Assembly (NCBI RefSeq): GCF_009914755.1
Contig: NC_060937.1
DNA: 64,000 nt
Reading direction: 5' to 3' (one strand)
Source: the human T2T-CHM13v2.0 reference genome, Homo sapiens
Shown: positions 56,011-64,000 of the stretch, piece after piece
Numbering within the stretch: the first letter of the stretch is position 1
Layout: each line of letters starts with the position of its first letter
Position numbers and translations under genes: made by a program
The notes under the pieces: generated by a model
What the model was told of the DNA's origin: nothing
What the model saw: only the letters and a program-made list of their open reading frames with translations
The model's database searches: none

Positions 56011-57540
56011 AACTGCTCAATGGGAAGAAATTTTTACTTCTGTGTGATAAATGCAAATGTCACAAAGGAGTTACTCAGAAAACTTCTTTCTGCTTTTAAT
56101 GTGAAGATATTTCCTTTTTCACCATATGCCTCAATGTGCTCGCAGATATCCCTTTGCAGATTCTACAAAAATACTGTTTCCAAACTGCTCAATAAACAGA
56201 ATGGTTCAACCCTGTGAGACGAATGTGCACATCACAAAGAAGTTTCTCAGAAAACTCCCTTCTCATTTTTATGTGAAGATATTTCCTTTTAGAACATAGG
56301 CCTAAATGCACTCCCAAATATACCTTTGCAGAATCTACAAAAAGACTGTTTCCAAACTGCTCAATCAAAAGAAAGTTTCAACTCTGTTAGATGAATGCAC
56401 ACATCAGGAAGTACTTTCTCAGCAAGCTTCTCACAAGTTTTTATGTGAAGATATTTCCTTTTTCAAAGTGGGTCACAAAGCACTCAAAAAAATCCCTTTG
56501 CAGACTCTAGAATAACAGAGTTTACAAACTACTCAATGAAAAGAAATGTTTACTTCTGTGAGATGAATACACATATCTTAAAACAGCTTCTCAGAATGCT
56601 TATTTCTAGTTTTTATGTGAAGATATTTCCTTTTTCACCATAGGCTTCAACTTGCTCCTAAATATCCCTTTGCAGATTCTACAAAACGACTGTTTCCAAA
56701 CTGCTCATTCCAAAGACAGGTTCAGCTCTTTGAGATGAATGCACACAACACAAAGAAGTTTCTCAGAATGCTTCTACCTAGTTTTTATGTGAAGATATTT
56801 CCTTTTCCAACAGAGGCCTTAAACTGTTCTCACATATACCTCTTCAGATACTACAAAAAGACTGTTTCCAGACTGCTCCATCAAAAGAAAAGTTCAACTC
56901 TGTGAGATAAATGGATACATCACAAAAAATTTTCTCAGAATACTTCTGTCTACATTTTATCTGAAGATATTCCTTTTTCACCATAGGCCTCTAACTTCGC
57001 AGAAATATTCCTTTGCAGATTTTACAAAAAGACTGTTTCCAAACTGCTCAATGAAAAGAAAGTTTCACCTCTGTGAGATGTATGCAGTCATCAAAAGGAA
57101 GTTTCTCAGAAAGCTTCTGTTTATATTTCATGTGAAGATATGTCCTTTTTCACCATAGGCCTCAAAGTGCTTGAAGTATCATTTGCAGATTCTACAAAAA
57201 GACTGTTTCCAAACTGCTCAATCAAAAAAAAGGTTCAAACCTGTGAGATGAAAGCACACATCATTAAGAAGTTTCTCAGAATGCTTCTGTCTAGTTTTTA
57301 TATGAAGATATTTCCTTTTCCACCATAGGCCTCAAAGTGCTCCAAATATCCACTTGAACACTCTATGAAACAGTTTTTCAAAACTGCTCAATAAAAGAAA
57401 GATTCAGCTCTGTGACATGAATGCACACAGCACAAAGAAGTTTCTCAGAATGCTTGTGTCTAGTTTTTATGTGAAGATGCTTCCTTTTCCACCAGAAGCC
57501 TCAAAGCACTTCAAATATACACTTGCAGATACTGCAAAAA
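56011..57540 (-). repeat. Alpha satellite, ~9 diverged monomers, reverse orientation
   Basis: Units read as the reverse complement (AACTGCTCAAT..AGAAAG..TCACAAAGAAGTTTCTCAGAA..TTTTTATGTGAAGATATTTCCTTTTTCACCATAGGCC). No clear match to the downstream HOR register. Confidence 0.9.
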
Positions 57541-60500
57541 GAGTGTTTCAAAACTGCTCAATCAATAGAAAGTTTGAAGTCTGTGAGATGAATGCACACA
57601 TCACAAAGAAGTTTCTGAGAATGCTTCTGCCTTGTTTTTATGAGAAGATATTTCCTTTTTCACCATAGGCCTCAAAGCACTGGTAATATCCATTTGCAGA
57701 TACTACAAAAAGACTGTTCCCAAACTGCTCAATAAAAAGAAAGTTTCAACTCTAGGAGATAAAAGCAAATATCACAAAGAAGTTTCTCAGAAACTTTCTA
57801 TCTAGTTTTTATGTGAACATATTTCTTATCACCCCATAGACCTCAATCGGCTCACAAGTATCCTTCTGCAGATTGTAAAAAAGTACTGTTTCCAAACCGC
57901 TCAATCACAGGAAAGGTTTAACTCTGTGAAATGAATGCATCCATCACAGAGAAGTTTCTCAGAATGCTTCAGTCTCGTTTTCATGTGAAGAAGATTCCTT
58001 TTCCACCATATTCCTCATGTGCTCCAAATAAACACTTGCAGATTCCGCTAAAAGAGTGTTTCAAAACTGCTCAATCAAAAGAAAGGTTCTAGTCGGTGAG
58101 ATGAATGCACACATCACAAAGAAGTTTCTATGAATGTTTCTGTCTGATTTATATTGAAGATATTTCCTTTTTCACCGTAGGCCTCAGAGTGCTTAAAATA
58201 TCCATTTGCAGATACTAGAAAAGACTGTTTCCAAACTGCTCAATCAAAGTAAAGTTCAACTCAGTGAGATGAATGCACACATCACCAAGACGTTTCTGAG
58301 AAAGATTCTGTCTCGTTTTTCTGTGAAGATATTTCCTGTTTCCCCAGAGGCATCAATGGGCTCACAAATATTCCTTTGCATATTCTACAAAATGACTGTT
58401 CAGAAGGTGCTCAATCAAAAAAAAAGTTCAACAGTGTGAGATGAATGCGCCCATTCAAAGGAAGTTTCTCAGAATTCTTCTATCTAGTTTTTATGTGAAG
58501 ATATTTCCTTTTTCACTATAGGCCACAAAGTGCTCCAAATATCCACTTGCAGACTCTACAAAACGAGTGTATCCACACTGCTCAATCAAAAGAAAATTTC
58601 AACTGTGTGAGATGAATGCACACATCAAAATAAATTTCTCCAAAACTTCTGCCTACTTTTTATGGGAAGATATTTCGTTTTTCAACGTAGGCCAAAAGCA
58701 CTCCAAATATCAATTTGCAGATTCTACAAAAAGACTGTTTCCAAACTGCTCAATCAAGAGAAAGTTTCAACCCGGTGAGTAGAAGTCACACATGACAAAA
58801 TAGTTTCTCAGAAAGTATCTGTCTAGTTTTTATGTGAAGATATTTCCTATCACCCCAGAAGCCTCAATGGGCTCACAAATATTCCTTTGCAGATTCTACA
58901 AAACGACAGTTTCAAAACTGCTGAATCAAAAGAAAGGTTCAACTCTGTGAGATGAATGCACAGATCACAAATAAGTTTCTCAGAATGCTGCTGTCTAGTT
59001 TTTATGGGAAGATAATTCCTTTTCCACCATAGGCCTCAAAGCTCTCCAAATAGCCATTTGCAGATACTGTAAAAAGACTGTTTCCAAACTGCTGAATCAA
59101 AAGAAAGGTTGAACTCCATGAGTTGAATGCACACGTCACAAAGAAGTTTCTCAGAATGGTTCTGACTAGTTTTTATGTGAAGATATTTTCTTTTCCACCA
59201 TAGGCCTCAAAGCGCTGAAAATATCCACTTGAAGATTCTACAGAAAGAGAGTTTCAAAACTGCTCAAACAAAAGAAAGATTCAACTCTGTGAGATGAATG
59301 CACACATCACAAAGAAGTTTCTCAGAATGCTTCTGTCTAGTTTTATGTAAAGATATTTCCTTTTCTACTATAGGCCACAAAGCACTCCAAATATCAACTT
59401 GCAGATTCTGCAGAAAGAGATTTTCAAAGCTGCTCAATCAAAAGAAAAGTTCAACTCTTTGAGATGAATGCACACATCATGAAGTTCCTCAGAATGCTTC
59501 TATTTTTATGTGAAGATATATCCTTTTCTACCATAGACCACAAAACGCTCCAAATATCCCCTTGCAGTTTCTACTAAAAGAGTGTTTCCAAACGGCTCAA
59601 TCAAAAGAAAGTTTCAACTCTGTGAGATGAATGCACACATCATAAAGAAGTTTCTCAGTAATTTTCTGTCTAGTTTTTATGTGAAGATATTTCCTTTCCT
59701 ACTATAGGCATGAAAGTGCTGCAAATATCCGTTTGCAGATACTGCAAAAAGACTGTTTCCACACTGCTCAATCAAAGGAAATGTCCAACTCTTTGAGTTG
59801 AATGCATGCATCTCGAAGAGATTACTTATAATGATTCTGTCTAGTTTTGATGTGAAGATATTTGCTTTTCCACCAGTGGCCTCAAACTCTCCAAATATCC
59901 ACTTGCAGATTCTACAATAAGAGTGTTTCAAAACTGCTCAATCAAAAGAAAGGTTCAACACTGTGAGATGAATGCACACGTCACAAAGCACTTTCTTAGA
60001 ATGCTTCTGTCTAGCTTTTATGTGAAGATATTTCCTTTTTCACCATAGGCTGTAAAGCGCTCCAAATATCCCTTTCAGATTCTACAGAAAGAGTATTTCA
60101 AAACTGTTCAATCAAAAGAGAAACTCAACTCTGGTGATGAATGCACGCATCACAAAGCAGTTTCTCATAATGTTTCTGTCTAGTTTTTATGTGAAGATAT
60201 TTCATTCTCCACTATAGGCCGTAATGCACTCCTAATATCCACTTGCAGATTCTACAGAAAGACTGTTTGCAAACTGCTCAAACAAAAGAAAAGTTCAACT
60301 CTGTGAGTTGAATGAGCACATCACAAAGAAGTTTCTCAGAATGCTTCTGTCTAGTTTTTATGTGAATATATTTCCTTTTCCACTATACGCCGTCATGCGC
60401 TCCAAATATCCACTTGCAGATTCTACAAAAAGACTGATTCCAAACTGCTCAATCAAAAGAAAAGCTCAACTCTGTGAATTGAATGAGCACATCACAAAGA

Positions 60501-63500
60501 AGTTTCTCAGAATGCTTCTATCTCGTTTTTATGTGAATATATTTCCTTTTCCACCACAGGCCACAAACACTCCAAATATCCACTTGAAGATTCTACAAAA
60601 AGAGTGCTTCAAAAATGCTCAATCAAAAGAAAGGTTCAACTCTTTGAGATGGATGCACACATCACAAAGAAGCTTCTCAGAATGTTTCTGTCTAGTTTTT
60701 TTGTGAAGATATTTCCTTTTCCACCGTAGTCCTCAAGTCTCTCCAAATATCTACTTTCAGAATCTCCAAAAAGAGTGTTTTAAAACTGCTGTACCAAAGA
60801 AAGTTTCATGTCTGAGATATGACTGCATACAACACAGAGAAGTTTCTCAAAGTGCTTCTGTTTATTTTTTTTATGAAGATATTTCCTTTTCCACTATGGG
60901 CCACAGAGCGCTCCAAATATCGACTTGCAGATTCTACAAAAAGAGTGTTTCAAAACTGCTCAATCAATAGAAAGTTTGAAGTCTGTGAGATGAATGCACA
61001 CATCACAAAGGAGTTTCTAAGAATGCTTCCATCTGAATTTTATGTGAGGATATTTCCTTTTTCACCATAGGCCTCAGTACACTCCAAATATCCATTTACA
61101 GATAATACAAATGACTGTATCCAAACTGCTCAATCAAAAGAAAGTTCAACTGTGCATGATGAATGCACACATCACAAGGGTGTTTCTCAGAAAGATTTTG
61201 TCTTGTTTTTAGGTGAAGATATTTCTTATTTCCCCAGAGGCCTCAATGGGCTCTCAAATATTCCCTTTCATATTCTACTAAATGACTGTATCGAAGCTGC
61301 TCAATCAAAAGACGGGTTTAACAGTGTGAGACGAAAATACACCTTCCTAGGAAGTTTCTCAGAATTCTTCTTTCTAGTTTTTTATGTGAAGATATTTCCT
61401 TTTCCACTATAGGCCTCAAAGCGTTCCAAATATCCAATTGCAGATACTACAAATAGAGCGTTTCAAAACTGCTCAATCAAAAGAAAGGTTCAACCCTGTG
61501 AGATGAATGCAGACATCAAAAAGAAGTTTCTCAGAATGTTTCCGCCTTGTTTTTATGTGAAGATATTTCCTTTTTCACCATAGGCCTCAAAGCACTGGTA
61601 ATATCCATTTGCAGATACTACAAAAAGACTGTTCCCAAACTGCTCAATAAAAAGAAAGTTTCAACTCTAGGAGATAAAAGCAAATATCACAAAGAAGTTT
61701 CTCAGAAACTTTCTATCTAGTTTTTATGTGAACATATTTCTTATCACCCCATAGACCTCAATCGGCTCACAAGTATCCTTCTGCAGATTGTAAAAAACTA
61801 CTGTTTCCAAACCGCTCAATCACAGGAAAGGTTTAACTCTGTGAAATGAATGCATCCATCACAGAGAAGTTTCTCAGAATGCTTCCGTCTCGTTTTCATG
61901 TGAAGAAGATTCCTTTTCCACCATATTCCTCATGCGCTCCAAATAAACACTTGCAGATTCCGCTAAAAGAGTGTTTCAAAACTGCTCAATCAAAAGAAAG
62001 GTTCTAGTCGGTGAGATGAATGCACACATCACAAAGAAGTTTTTATGAATGCTTCTGTCTGGTTTATATTGAAGATATTTCCTTTTTCACCGTAGGCCTC
62101 AGAGTGCTTAAAATATCCATTTGCAGATACTAGAAAAGACTGTTTCCAAACTGCTCAATCAAAATAAAGTTCAACTCAGTGAGATGAATGCACACATCAC
62201 CAAGACGTTTCTGAGAAAGATTCTGTCTCGTTTTTATGTGAAGATATTTCCTGTTTCCCCAGAGGCATCAATGGGCTCACAAATATTCCTTTGCATATTC
62301 TACAAAATGACTGTTTAGAAGGTGCTCAATCAAAAAAAAAGTTCAACAGTGTGAGATGAATGCGCCCACTCAAAGGAAGTTTCTCAGAATTCTTCTATCT
62401 AGTTTTCATGTGAAGATATTTCCTTTTTCACTATAGGCCACAAAGTGCTCCAAATATCCACTTGCAGACTCTACGAAACGAGTGTATCCACACTGCTCAA
62501 TCAAAAGAAAATTTCAACTGTGTGAGATGAATGCACACATCAAAATAAATTTCTCCAAAACTTCTGCCTACTTTTTATGGGAAGATATTTCGTTTTTCAA
62601 CGTAGGCCAAAAGCACTCCAAATATCAATTTGCAGATTCTACAAAAAGACTGTTTCCAAACTGCTCAATCAACAGAAAGTTTCAACCCGGTGAGTAGAAG
62701 ACACACATGACAAAATAGTTTCTCAGAAAGTATCTGTCTAGTTTTTACGTGAAGATATTTCCTATCACCCCAGAAGCCTCAATGGGCTCACAAATATTCC
62801 TTTGCAGATTCTACAAAACGACAGTTTCAAAACTGCTGAATCAAAAGAAAGGTTCAACTCTGGGAGATGAATGCACAGATCACAAATAAGTTTCTCAGAA
62901 TGCTGCTGCCTAGTTTTAATGGGAAGAGATTTCCTTTTCCACCATAGACCTCAAAGCTCTCCAAATAGCCATTTGCAGATACTGTAAAAAGACTGTTTCC
63001 AAACTGCTGAATCAAAAGAAAGGTTGAACTCCATGAGTTGAATGCACACGTCATAAAGAAGTTTCTCAGAATGCTTCTGACTAGTTTTTATGTGAAGATA
63101 TTTTCTTTTCCACCATAGGCCTCAAAGCGCTGAAAATATCCACTTGAAGATTCTACAGAAAGAGAGTTTCAAAACTGCTCAAACAAAAGAAAGATTCAAC
63201 TCTGTGAGATGAATGCACACATCACAAAGAAGTTTCTCAGAATGCTTCTGTCTAGTTTTATGTAAAGATATTTCCTTTTCTACTATAGGCCACAAAGCAC
63301 TCCAAATATCAACTTGCAGATTCTGCAGAAAGAGTTATTCAAAGCTGCTCAATCAAAAGAAAAGTTCAACTCCTTGAGACGAATGCACACATCATGAAGT
63401 TCCTCAGAATGCTTCTATTTTTATGTGAAGATATATCCTTTTCTACCATAGACCACAAAACGCTCCAAATATCCCCTTGCAGTTTCTACTAAAAGAGTGT

Positions 63501-64000
63501 TTCCAAAAGGCTCAATCAAAAGAAAGTTTCAAATCTGTGAGATGAATGCACACATCACAAAGAAGTTTCTCAGAATGCTTCTGTCTAGTTTTATGTAAAG
63601 ATATTTCCTTTTCTACTATAGGCCACAAAGCACTCCAAATATCAACTTGCAGATTCTGCAGAAAGAGTTTTTCAAAGCTGCTCAGTCAAAAGACAAGTTC
63701 AACTCTTTGAGATGAATGCACACATCATGAAGTTCCTCAGAATGCTTCTATTTTTATGTGAAGATATATCCTTTTCTACCATAGACCACAAAACGCTCCA
63801 AATATCCCCTTGCAGTTTCTACTAAAAGAGTGTTTCCAAACGGCTCAATCAAAAGAAAGTTTCAACTCTGTGAGATGAATGCACACATCATTAAGAAGTG
63901 TCTCAGTAATTTTCTGTCTAGTTTTTATGTGAAGATATTTCCTTTCCTACTATAGGCCTGAAAGTGCTGCAAATATCCGTTTGCAGATACTGCAAAAAGA
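57540..64000 (-). repeat. Alpha-satellite higher-order repeat, 3915-bp period (23 monomers), A-type/inactive; continues past window end
   Basis: Near-identical blocks at a constant 3915-bp offset: AAAGCACTGGTAATATCC at 57674/61589, ORF pairs 58206/62121 and 58567/62482, and the deletion-bearing monomer CATCATGAAGTTCCTCAG near 59475/63390. 3915 bp is about 23 x 171 minus small deletions. Confidence 0.92.
63200..63875 (-). repeat. Tandem duplication of a 333-bp two-monomer segment within HOR copy 2
   Basis: TGTAAAGATATTTCCTTTTCTACTATAGGCCACAAAGCAC occurs at 63261 and 63594 (offset 333) but only once in copy 1 (~59346). Downstream sequence resumes at offset 4248 = 3915 + 333 (CGGCTCAAT at 59593 and 63841). 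Confidence 0.9.

Larger units (their letters stand above)
45551..56011 (+). repeat. Alpha satellite, diverged monomeric A-type ~171-bp units, consensus orientation (interrupted by L1)
   Basis: Tandem ~171-bp units CATTCTGAGAAACTTCTTTGTGATGTGTGCATTCATCTCACAGAGTTGAAC...GGCCTATGGTGAAAAAGGAAATATCTTCACATAAAAACTAGACAGAAG. Adjacent monomers are diverged. pJalpha-type box is present and no CENP-B box (TTCGTTGGAAACGGGA) was seen. Confidence 0.96.

Noticed and set aside
47464-63054. 60-130 aa ORFs in alpha satellite (MNAHITKKFLR...)
   Set aside because: Chance open frames of the 171-bp monomer. They recur with the repeat and are a known spurious translation.
45551-64000. CRISPR-like regularly spaced repeats
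   Set aside because: The units are contiguous 171-bp monomers with no unique spacers and no cas genes, in eukaryotic satellite DNA.
45551-64000. Active centromere / CENP-B boxes
   Set aside because: No TTCGTTGGAAACGGGA-type box was seen. The monomers are A-type and mostly diverged, with an L1 insertion and an inversion, which is typical of inactive flanking arrays.

Overview
This window is primate (almost certainly human) pericentromeric heterochromatin and contains no credible protein-coding gene. From left to right: (i) 1-45550 is Human Satellite 3, (CATTC)n on the + strand. It has two layers: a CATTC/CGAGT-type layer with a degenerate ~0.9-1 kb nested unit (1-~29840) and a more diverged CACTC-rich layer (~29840-45550) that carries a ~60-bp inverted Alu fragment (~44146-44207). 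(ii) An abrupt HSat3/alpha-satellite junction lies at ~45551, with 3-bp ATC microhomology. (iii) ~10.5 kb of diverged A-type alpha satellite follows (pJalpha box, no CENP-B box seen) in consensus orientation. It is interrupted by a 5'-truncated ~1.17-kb L1PA on the minus strand (46322-47486) whose tail looks like a tiny 3' transduction. (iv) The alpha-satellite strand inverts at ~56011. (v) About 9 diverged monomers grade into a 3915-bp (23-mer) higher-order repeat; its second copy carries a 333-bp two-monomer duplication (a 25-mer variant). The overall layout resembles inactive alpha arrays next to Sat III on acrocentric short arms (13/14/21), but that assignment is inference. The hundreds of SIPFH/MEWNG ORFs are artefacts of the pentamer repeat. 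I found no support for a new coding system; the interesting signals are structural and evolutionary. All coordinates and offsets were read by eye and may be off by a few bases.
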